A model generated the notes under the pieces. The model did no database searches and had not been told where the DNA came from. It worked only from the letters and a program-made list of their open reading frames with translations. Positions 47,719 through 56,173 of a DNA stretch of 64,000 nucleotides are shown here, in pieces. The DNA is from a virus. The position numbers and the translations under genes were made by a program. Each line of letters begins with the position of its first letter. Positions within the stretch are counted from its first letter, which is position 1. The DNA is taken from positions 847 through 64,846 of the IMG/VR virus record IMGVR_UViG_3300020442_002030; one strand, 5' to 3'.

Positions 47719-49042
47719 ATATTTTAGTAAATTTTTAGTAACTTACGATTTTTTATTAGATGGTGATGTACAACCAAATGCTACAGATTTTTCTGATGAT
47801 AGAAAAGTTTGGCAAGAAGTTTTACATGGGAGTATATCTTCACTAAATTATATACCAACTTATTTAACGGATTTAGATGAGTATAAAAATTATAAATTAT
47901 TATATTTCATAAATCCATACTCATCTTTTGATAAAGGATTTGGTGACTTCAATAAAGATTTTTTGTTAGGTTCTATACCAAACCCAACCTTAGATAAATT
48001 AATAAGTGATGATAGATTCTACATAGTTATTTACTATCCAAATGAAGGGTGGGTTGATTACCAAAGCTTAAAACATATTCATTCTTGGTTTAAAAATGAA
48101 GGAATTGATTTAAATAGATTGATTCTAATTAATTCAAATTTTAAAATAAAAGAATGGTATTCTGAATTTGTAGATAAAGTAAGAATGAAATCCAGAATAA
48201 ATGTTGCTCCACATCATTGGGCACTGGATGATGTACCAACCGAATATATTAGTGCAGTAGGTGATGAGAATCAATCGATTAATATGGAATATAAAATAGA
48301 AAATAAAAAATATGATTTTAATTTTCTAAACAGAGCTAATAGAAAACATAGATTTCTTATGATATTAAATTTATACAAAGAAAATTTGGTAAAAAATAAT
48401 TTAGTTTCATATGACTTAAACTTTGATGATAGTGGAAATGATGAAGAAGAAATTTATGAAAAAAGAAGATGTGATATACAGGACTTTCACAATTATTATG
48501 ATGATGATTCAGAATATGAATATATGCTCTCATTGTACAATGAGTTATATGAAACGTTACCAAAAAAAGTTGTAGATTTTGAAGATAAGAAAAGTATTTT
48601 CGGATTACAAATGGAAACTGACATTCCGTACAAAGATTCTATGTTTACCATAGTTGGAGAATCATACTTTACAGAAAATCAAAACATAGGTTATTTATCA
48701 GAAAAGGTATTTAAACCAATAGCACATCATCACCCTTTTATAATAATTGGTGTTCCTGGTTTGTTAAAATATTTAAGAGAGTTAGGATTTAAAACATTTG
48801 AACCATATATAAATGAATCATACGATTTAGAATATGATTATATTAAAAGGTTTTTTTTAATTTTGGATGAAATAAAAAGATTATGTAATTTATCAGATGC
48901 CGAAAAGATAGAATGGATGAATGGAGTTTTACCAATTATAGAACATAATTATGAAAACCTAAAAAAAATAGAAAAAGAAAATCAAAACATAGATGTTATT
49001 GATAAGATAGCAAATGTAGTTTTTAAAAAGAATGTATCGTGA
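47708..49042 (+). CDS. GT10-like glycosyltransferase-family protein, paralog 3
   Basis: FLNRANRKHR; DSMFTIVGES..GYLSEKVFKPIAHHHPFIIIG..GFKTFEPYINESYD. ATG 47708 is preferred. Confidence 0.55.
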   Translation: MQNKYFSKFLVTYDFLLDGDVQPNATDFSDDRKVWQEVLHGSISSLNYIPTYLTDLDEYKNYKLLYFINPYSSFDKGFGDFNKDFLLGSIPNPTLDKLISDDRFYIVIYYPNEGWVDYQSLKHIHSWFKNEGIDLNRLILINSNFKIKEWYSEFVDKVRMKSRINVAPHHWALDDVPTEYISAVGDENQSINMEYKIENKKYDFNFLNRANRKHRFLMILNLYKENLVKNNLVSYDLNFDDSGNDEEEIYEKRRCDIQDFHNYYDDDSEYEYMLSLYNELYETLPKKVVDFEDKKSIFGLQMETDIPYKDSMFTIVGESYFTENQNIGYLSEKVFKPIAHHHPFIIIGVPGLLKYLRELGFKTFEPYINESYDLEYDYIKRFFLILDEIKRLCNLSDAEKIEWMNGVLPIIEHNYENLKKIEKENQNIDVIDKIANVVFKKNVS

Positions 49043-50475
49043 AACACTATCAAGTATTTGACACTTATTACAATGGATGTGAACTTCCAAATGGCACTGA
49101 TTTTGGAAAGTTAAATGGGCATTATCTTGAGCATAGAGATATGTGTATTAGAAATGAAGATTGGGGTGATGCGTATGATATTAATTCTTGGTATATTAAA
49201 GAAACGGGAAGAGTATTTCCTGTTTCATTACATGAGGATGAACGATTACAACACATTTTAGATTTAAAAAATATACCAATATGTGAAGTAGATAATGTAG
49301 AGGATGGTGTTTTTATATATCAATTAAATATGATGGGAGGGGAAGGATTATCTTTTCCTGATGATATTAATGAAAAATCAATATTACATTTTATTTCTGA
49401 AAAAGCATTGGAGTATATAAAAAATGGAAAATTTAAATTTGTAATAAATTATTTTGTTGAAGGTGTTTTTGAATATCATCATTTTAATAATCTACATAAA
49501 CATTTAGAAGAATTAGAAATACCATCTGAAAAAGTATATTTTATTTTCGGAGGTTATAATACAGATAATTGGTATGAGGCTTTTTGTAAAAGATACAATA
49601 TTAAAAATAAAATAAATATTGTTGAATTAAGTTGGGTTCGATTGCACAAATTTGAAGAATTTTTTCATATGGCTAGAGATGTGAATAAAAACAAATTTTT
49701 GAACAATGAATATGTTGTAGAAAAAAAGAAGTATGATTTTTTATGTTACAATAGAAGATTGAGATTACATAGACAATTATTTTTAGCATACTTAAAAAGA
49801 TATAATTTATTGGATAATAATTTGGTAGGTTATGATTATACATTTTCAGAAAATAAACATTTAGTAAATAGTTTTGATAGTTTTAAACATCACGATATTT
49901 GGCCATATGCTAGATTTTTAAAAAATGAGTTTAATTATTTATGGAATGAAAATCCAAAACAAATTGTTGATGTAGAAGATGTTAGCAACATTATAGGGGG
50001 AACTATTCAATCGGAAAGAAAAGAACCATACCAAAATACAATGTTTTCGGTTGTTACTGAAACATCTTTACGAAGTACCCAATATTATTTATCAGAAAAG
50101 GTATTTAAACCAATAGGACAAAAACACCCATTTGTTGTTATTGGAAGTCATTTAACTTTACAAGAATTAAAACGATGGGGATTCAAAACATTTGAACCAT
50201 ATATAAATGAATCATATGACAATGAACCAAATCACTTTAGAAGATTAGAAATGGTTTTACAAGAAACAAAAAGGTTATGCAGTTTATCAGATGAAGAAAA
50301 AATACAATTCCAAAAAAACGTTTTACCCATTATTAAATTTAATTGGAATCATATGATTGATTTATATGATAGTAATTACGAATGGTTAGAAGAAAAGATG
50401 AAAGAATTAGGTTATGAATTTGAACATAAAGAATTTATTTCAAAACATCCAGTTAGAGATATAAAGATTATTTAA
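49039..50475 (+). CDS. GT10-like glycosyltransferase-family protein, paralog 4
   Basis: CYNRRLRLHR; NTMFSVVTET..YLSEKVFKPIGQKHPFVVIG..GFKTFEPYINESYD; GTG start. Confidence 0.55.
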   Translation: MKHYQVFDTYYNGCELPNGTDFGKLNGHYLEHRDMCIRNEDWGDAYDINSWYIKETGRVFPVSLHEDERLQHILDLKNIPICEVDNVEDGVFIYQLNMMGGEGLSFPDDINEKSILHFISEKALEYIKNGKFKFVINYFVEGVFEYHHFNNLHKHLEELEIPSEKVYFIFGGYNTDNWYEAFCKRYNIKNKINIVELSWVRLHKFEEFFHMARDVNKNKFLNNEYVVEKKKYDFLCYNRRLRLHRQLFLAYLKRYNLLDNNLVGYDYTFSENKHLVNSFDSFKHHDIWPYARFLKNEFNYLWNENPKQIVDVEDVSNIIGGTIQSERKEPYQNTMFSVVTETSLRSTQYYLSEKVFKPIGQKHPFVVIGSHLTLQELKRWGFKTFEPYINESYDNEPNHFRRLEMVLQETKRLCSLSDEEKIQFQKNVLPIIKFNWNHMIDLYDSNYEWLEEKMKELGYEFEHKEFISKHPVRDIKII

Positions 50476-50479
50476 ATAT

Positions 50480-51271
50480 ATGGAATTAGAAAATGAAAAA
50501 ACAATATATTTTGTAGGATGTAGTTACACATGGGGAGCTGGTTTAGAGTTTGAATATTATAATGCACATAAAGGTTGGAGTATTGATAAAATAAATAAAG
50601 AAAATGATATGTCCGTAAATAGATTAGAAAATGGAACATATCATGCAGCAGAATATAGAAGAAAAAATAGATTTGGTAATTTAGTAGCTAAACACTTTAA
50701 TGTAAATCACGAAGTTTTAAATGTTGGAAATGGTGGTAATAATGGATACACAATACATTTAATACAATCATCAACAATTAGTGTTGCAAAAATTCTTATT
50801 GTTCAGTTGAGTTTTTATGGTAGAAGTTGGACATTTCAAAATCAAAAAAAATTTAATACAGAAAAGTACATAAATAGTGGTAACACTTATATTACAGATA
50901 ATTTTTCCAAAGAAGATTTACTAAACGAGTGCCATACTCAAATATGGAATATTTACAAAGAAGCTTATTTCGAAAGAAAACAAAAAAATAAAGACCATCC
51001 TCAAATTTATTTCATAGCTTGGCATAAAGAATTTGGAGAAGTTTTGAAAAATAAATTTTCAAATCATTTTATTCCAATACATATAGATGGGATAGATTAC
51101 AATTCATTTGAAGATACATCTTTAGATTTTAATAATCCCAATATAAAACATAAATATAATATGAGATTATGTGATATTTTAGATGGTTGTCCTGATACCC
51201 ATTTAAGTTCTATAGGACATAAAATAGTTGCGGATTCAATTATAAAAAAAATAAAAAATGAATATATTTAA
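50480..51271 (+). CDS. SGNH-fold protein, paralog 4
   Basis: VGCSYTWG; NGGNN; PDTHLSSIGH. Confidence 0.65.
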   Translation: MELENEKTIYFVGCSYTWGAGLEFEYYNAHKGWSIDKINKENDMSVNRLENGTYHAAEYRRKNRFGNLVAKHFNVNHEVLNVGNGGNNGYTIHLIQSSTISVAKILIVQLSFYGRSWTFQNQKKFNTEKYINSGNTYITDNFSKEDLLNECHTQIWNIYKEAYFERKQKNKDHPQIYFIAWHKEFGEVLKNKFSNHFIPIHIDGIDYNSFEDTSLDFNNPNIKHKYNMRLCDILDGCPDTHLSSIGHKIVADSIIKKIKNEYI

Positions 51272-51371
51272 AAAGATACTAACTTGGTACAAAGATTGGA
51301 AGTTGGAAAGAAAGTATAAAAAAAGAATAAAGGAGCTCAAAAAGAGAGACCCGTTTATTTACAAAAAATAA
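51258..51371 (+). CDS. Small basic protein, 37 aa (not in the ORF track)
   Basis: Hand-translated MNIFKKILTWYKDWKLERKYKKRIKELKKRDPFIYKK*; overlaps the upstream stop by 14 nt. Confidence 0.6.
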   Translation: MNIFKKILTWYKDWKLERKYKKRIKELKKRDPFIYKK

Positions 51372-51390
51372 TCCCCTTTCTTATAATCTT

Positions 51391-51399
51391 ATATTTATA
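51391..51399 (+). promoter_or_regulatory. ATATTTATA putative late promoter
   Basis: Exact motif in the gap before ATG 51418. Confidence 0.6.
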
Positions 51400-51417
51400 T
51401 ACTGATAAGGTGTATTT

Positions 51418-54400
51418 ATGAGTCAACTAAGCGATTTCTTAGCAGAACAGATTCTTATGGAAGAATCTAAAATCAAAAAGACTGTGGTGGTCTATGTTGG
51501 TAGATTCCAACCCATGCACAAAGGACACTTCAAAACTTTCCAACATCTTCAGAAAAAGTTTGGAAAAGCTGATGTGTACATAGGTACATCCAACAAAACA
51601 GAAAAAGGACGTTCACCTTTTAACTTTAAAGAAAAAGTAAAAATTATGACAACGATGTTTGGAATACCAAAATCCAAAATCGTACAAGTCAAAAACCCAT
51701 ATAATCCACAAGAAGTTCTTAAAAGATTTAACAAAGAAACTACGGCATTTGTAACTGTTGTAGGGCAGAAGGATGCTAGTAGATTATCACACAAATACTT
51801 TCAAAAGTATGATGGTAATCCAACAGAAGGATATGAAGATAGAGGATACCTTTATGTAGCACCGATGCAAGGTGGGGCAATAAGTGGTACTGAAGTTAGA
51901 CAAGGATTATCGATGGGTTCTGATGACCAGAAAGAAAAGTTCTTCAAAGATAGAGCTTATGGTAAGTTCAACAAAACTATATTCCAAATGGTAACTGATA
52001 AACTTAGTGAAGGTTTGTTTGTACCAAAAGAAATTATAGAAGAATATATGATGGAGATATCCACTGGTGGTTTAGGTGGACAGGATGTGGATGATGGACC
52101 AAACTTCTTTATACCAAATTATAAAACATTCAGAAAAGTAGCAGCTGATAGAGCAGCTAAATTAGGATACACCGTAGTCAATATGATTGGTGATGAGAAG
52201 TTCGAAGATTACTATGAACATCCCGAATATCCCGATGGACCTCAGAAAGCAGTATCTTATTTTCCAGCAGGTGTAATTGGTACGATGACTCCAAACAACC
52301 AAATTGATATCTACTCAAGTGGTGCATATTCTAATTGGTATAAGCATGTTACTCGTAAAGCTGCTATGGTAGGATATGATGTAATCAAAAAGTTAGATGT
52401 TAATAAAGATGATAAAGAACAATCAACTGATGATGCAAAGGGAGCAAAGGATTTAGAGAAAGAATTTGAATCATCACTAACTGAGATGATTAAGTTACCT
52501 GTAAAGGTTGGAGATACTATTCTAATGGGTAGATTCAAAAACAAAAAAGTAGTAGTTAAATCAATTGGTAAGGATGAGCATGGGATGCCAACTATCAATG
52601 GTAAGAAGGTTGTAACTTTCCGACTAATGAAAGAAGGATTTACAATTGAATTAGAAGAAAGTTGTGATAAACCAATGAAAGATGAAACCGAAGAACAATT
52701 TAGAACGAGATGTTTCGGAGTAAATCCATTAGCACAACCACCAAAGGGGTTAATGAGAGTTGGTGAAGATGTGGAGGAAAGTAAGGGTAGATTAAGACCA
52801 GCTGACCTATTAAGAAGAAAAGCAGCAATGGCTGGTAAGAGAGCACAAATAGCAAGAAGAAGAGCAAGAACAATGAAGAGAAGAAAACCTCTTGCTAAAC
52901 TAAAAAAGATTGCATACAAAAAAGCATACTTACAAGTTTATGATGAGTTTATGAAGGATTTATTTCCTGGTATGAAGAAAAAGGATTTATCAATTCAACA
53001 AGCAAAGGTAGTTCATAAAAATGTATTGAGAAAAAAGAAAAGAGTTCAGAAGAGAGCAAGATTCAGATTCCTTCCAGCTTTGAGAGCAAAAGAAGCAGAT
53101 AAGTTTGATGGTAAAGAAGCAGCAAGAATCCCAAGAAAAAAAGGACAACATAGACAATCATCTTCACATTCTGATTTATATACTGATGAGAATCCAAAAG
53201 GTACAATCAAAGGATTGAAGTTCGCAACAGTTGATGATGCTAAAAAATCTGTAAGTAAGATTAAGAGTAGTGGTAAATCTCATGCACACAAAATCCAAGC
53301 TGCTGTAGCTATGGAACAAAGAGCTAAAGAGATGGGTAAGAAATCACAAGCTGCAGTTTATAGAGCATACATCAATAAGATGAAAAAGAAAACCAAAGCT
53401 AAGAACGAAACTTTGGGTTATCCTTCTAAAGAGGATATGAAAAAAATAAATCAACGATTGGATAATCAAAGAAAAAATACTGATTCAAATAAAGAGTATC
53501 AATATCATACGATAAAAGAAAATATAAATGAATCAAAACTTTTAATGGAAGGTGGTGCATACGGACATATGAACCATCCATTTGATTCAGATGTAAACCT
53601 TACATTTGGACAATTAAAAGATATTGTGAATAGAGCGTTAGATGGAACGTTAGAAAACACAAGAGAAAAAACTGATGGACAGGCATTGGCTATTAGTTGG
53701 AGAGATAACCGATTGGTTGCTGCTCGTAATAAAGGACACCTTAAAAATAAAGGAGAGAATGCCTTAGATATAAAGGGAGTATCGGACAAGTTTCAAGGAA
53801 GAGGAGGACTGAGCGATGCATACAACTTTGCGATGAGAGATTTATCTAAGGCTATTTCCTCCTTATCAGAAAAACAAAGAGAAAAGGTTTTCAAAGGTGG
53901 AGCTTGTTTTATGAACTTAGAGGTAATTTATCCAACATCTGTTAATGTAGTACCTTATGGACAAGCACTCTTAGTATTTCACGGAACAATGGAGTATGAT
54001 GAAGAGGGTGTAGCTATTGGTGAGAATCAAGGAGCTGCTAGAGTGTTAGCTGGTATGATTAAACAAGTCAATCAAAATGTTCAATCATCATATACAATAG
54101 AAGGACCGCCGGTTGTTAAATTACCGAAATCGCAAGACCTTTCTAAAAAGAAATCTGTATATAGTGGTAAAATAAAAAGATTACAAAAGAAATATAATCT
54201 TAAAGATACAGATGGTGTAGCAGAATACCATCAAGCTTTTTGGGAAAACTATGTAGACAAAAAATCACCTACTACATTAGATAACAAAACCAAAATGGGA
54301 TTAGTTAAAAGATGGGCTTTCTTTGATAAGAAGTTTAGATTAGATTCTAAAAATATTTCCGATTCAAAAACATTAGATTGGGCAAAGAAAACCGATAAAG

Positions 54401-54747
54401 AAAAACATAGTAAAATAGCTAAAGATAATATTAGACCATTTGAAGATATCTTCTTAGGTTTAGGTGCAGAAGTGTTACAATTTGTAAGTTCAGCATTGAC
54501 TGTAAATCCTGATTCGGCTATTAGAGATATGAAAAAACGTTTAGATAAAACAATCAAAGATGTTAGGAAATCAGGTGATGTAAAGAAAATCCAAAAATTA
54601 AAATTAGAACTTCAAAGATTAAATTCTATTGGAGGTGCTAAAAAGATAGTACCAAATGAAGGTATTGTTTTTACATATAACGGAAAAACGTTCAAACTTA
54701 CAGGAACATTTGCACCTCTAAACCAAATATTAGGTATCTTCTTCTAA
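51418..54747 (+). CDS. Multi-domain protein: HIGH-family nucleotidyltransferase, several small domains, basic core-like domain, C-terminal ligase-like domain
   Basis: N-terminal GRFQPMHKGH and ISGTEVR; central Arg/Lys-rich helix; C-terminal EKTDG...EGIV...K. Confidence 0.7.
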   Translation: MSQLSDFLAEQILMEESKIKKTVVVYVGRFQPMHKGHFKTFQHLQKKFGKADVYIGTSNKTEKGRSPFNFKEKVKIMTTMFGIPKSKIVQVKNPYNPQEVLKRFNKETTAFVTVVGQKDASRLSHKYFQKYDGNPTEGYEDRGYLYVAPMQGGAISGTEVRQGLSMGSDDQKEKFFKDRAYGKFNKTIFQMVTDKLSEGLFVPKEIIEEYMMEISTGGLGGQDVDDGPNFFIPNYKTFRKVAADRAAKLGYTVVNMIGDEKFEDYYEHPEYPDGPQKAVSYFPAGVIGTMTPNNQIDIYSSGAYSNWYKHVTRKAAMVGYDVIKKLDVNKDDKEQSTDDAKGAKDLEKEFESSLTEMIKLPVKVGDTILMGRFKNKKVVVKSIGKDEHGMPTINGKKVVTFRLMKEGFTIELEESCDKPMKDETEEQFRTRCFGVNPLAQPPKGLMRVGEDVEESKGRLRPADLLRRKAAMAGKRAQIARRRARTMKRRKPLAKLKKIAYKKAYLQVYDEFMKDLFPGMKKKDLSIQQAKVVHKNVLRKKKRVQKRARFRFLPALRAKEADKFDGKEAARIPRKKGQHRQSSSHSDLYTDENPKGTIKGLKFATVDDAKKSVSKIKSSGKSHAHKIQAAVAMEQRAKEMGKKSQAAVYRAYINKMKKKTKAKNETLGYPSKEDMKKINQRLDNQRKNTDSNKEYQYHTIKENINESKLLMEGGAYGHMNHPFDSDVNLTFGQLKDIVNRALDGTLENTREKTDGQALAISWRDNRLVAARNKGHLKNKGENALDIKGVSDKFQGRGGLSDAYNFAMRDLSKAISSLSEKQREKVFKGGACFMNLEVIYPTSVNVVPYGQALLVFHGTMEYDEEGVAIGENQGAARVLAGMIKQVNQNVQSSYTIEGPPVVKLPKSQDLSKKKSVYSGKIKRLQKKYNLKDTDGVAEYHQAFWENYVDKKSPTTLDNKTKMGLVKRWAFFDKKFRLDSKNISDSKTLDWAKKTDKEKHSKIAKDNIRPFEDIFLGLGAEVLQFVSSALTVNPDSAIRDMKKRLDKTIKDVRKSGDVKKIQKLKLELQRLNSIGGAKKIVPNEGIVFTYNGKTFKLTGTFAPLNQILGIFF

Positions 54748-54771
54748 TAATTACGTTTTTACAATTTAGTG

Positions 54772-54780
54772 ATATTTATA
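54772..54780 (+). promoter_or_regulatory. ATATTTATA putative late promoter
   Basis: Exact motif in the gap before ATG 54808. Confidence 0.6.
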
Positions 54781-54807
54781 TATACATATATAATATGTTA
54801 AAATAGT

Positions 54808-55473
54808 ATGGCAAAAGAATTCAAAAGAAAATACATGCATCCAACTCGTAGGAAACTATCCGATATGGTTAGAACGGGTGGTGAATATGATAAAAATTCA
54901 CAAATTGGATGGACTTCTAAGAAAGAAGATAGAAAAGTTGGTGATGTTTGGGAAGATGAACATTACAGATATGAAAAGAAAGATGGTTATACCTTAAAGA
55001 CAGGTAAAAACTCTGAAGTATTTTCAGATATTAGAAAATATCTAGCAGAGCAAAATAAATGTAAAGGTACAGATTGTAAGCATGTTGGTGAATTCGGACC
55101 AAACAATAAAAAATTAATTCGTAAAACTGGATTCTGTATTTCTTGTAATAAAGAAATGGAAAGAGAATTAAGAATAAATGGCATTTACGAAGAGTACGAA
55201 AAATATAAAATGTTTTCGAATGCTATGGCAGATGGTATTTTAAGATTAGATGCTATAGAGCAAGATATAAAAGATTTGAAACAAACTTACGAACAACTAA
55301 ATGAGGAAGGTGAGGTTATTGAAACTTATACTCTTCCAAGACCTGTAGAAGAAATGAAAGCAGAAATGCGTGAGTTTGTTGAGAAGAGTAAAATAGAGTT
55401 GGAAGATATAAAACAAAAAAGAGAAGAATCCTTCCAACGAATAAAGGAGAAAAATTATGAGCATATTCTTTAG
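54808..55473 (+). CDS. Hypothetical protein with Cys cluster and C-terminal coiled coil
   Basis: CKGTDC...CISC putative Zn site; two genes upstream of the terminase. Confidence 0.55.
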   Translation: MAKEFKRKYMHPTRRKLSDMVRTGGEYDKNSQIGWTSKKEDRKVGDVWEDEHYRYEKKDGYTLKTGKNSEVFSDIRKYLAEQNKCKGTDCKHVGEFGPNNKKLIRKTGFCISCNKEMERELRINGIYEEYEKYKMFSNAMADGILRLDAIEQDIKDLKQTYEQLNEEGEVIETYTLPRPVEEMKAEMREFVEKSKIELEDIKQKREESFQRIKEKNYEHIL

Positions 55474-56173
55474 TTTAATACTGAAACGATGGAGAGAATT
55501 ATTTATTCTACTCCTGATTGGTATCATCCTCTTTATGAGAGGTTGTGATACAGATTATAACGGAGACAAAGAACTTGTTGAAGTTGATGGAGAACAATTT
55601 GAATTGTTAGAACAGAAAATAGATACTGTAGTTGTAGAAAAAGAAGTGTATGTTGAAAAATACATACCAAAATATATTACAAAGGAAGTAATCAAAGAAG
55701 TAGAGATACCAATTGATGTAGATACACTAAAAATCATACAAGATTATTTTGCATCTTACAAAGTTGTTGATACTTTACAATTAGCATACGATTTTCCTGA
55801 TGAAGTTACAGATTCAGCTGGAAACAAACCATCGGGTGATTTAGGATTTGGTATTTTAACTGATGTAATATCACAAAACTCTATACAATCAAGAGAAATC
55901 GAATGGGCTTTCAAAATTCCAACTGTTTACAACACAAAAATTGTAAAAGAATTACCAAAAACTGAATGGTACTTAGGATTTGGTGGTGGATTTGATAAAC
56001 CTAACTTTATAAACAATCTTAGAGGTAGTTTATTACTTAAAACTAAAAAACAAAAAATGTTTAGTTTAGATTTAGGAGTTTCCAATCAAATACAAGACAA
56101 TCTTACTGGTAATTCTAAATTAGAGCCATTTATTGGTGGTTCTATGTATTGGAAATTAGGTAAAAAAGATTAG
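55457..56173 (+). CDS. Putative membrane-anchored/lipoprotein (spanin-like candidate)
   Basis: Hydrophobic stretch LFILLLIGIILF followed by MRGC; C-terminal amphipathic beta-strands. Confidence 0.45.
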   Translation: MSIFFSLILKRWRELFILLLIGIILFMRGCDTDYNGDKELVEVDGEQFELLEQKIDTVVVEKEVYVEKYIPKYITKEVIKEVEIPIDVDTLKIIQDYFASYKVVDTLQLAYDFPDEVTDSAGNKPSGDLGFGILTDVISQNSIQSREIEWAFKIPTVYNTKIVKELPKTEWYLGFGGGFDKPNFINNLRGSLLLKTKKQKMFSLDLGVSNQIQDNLTGNSKLEPFIGGSMYWKLGKKD

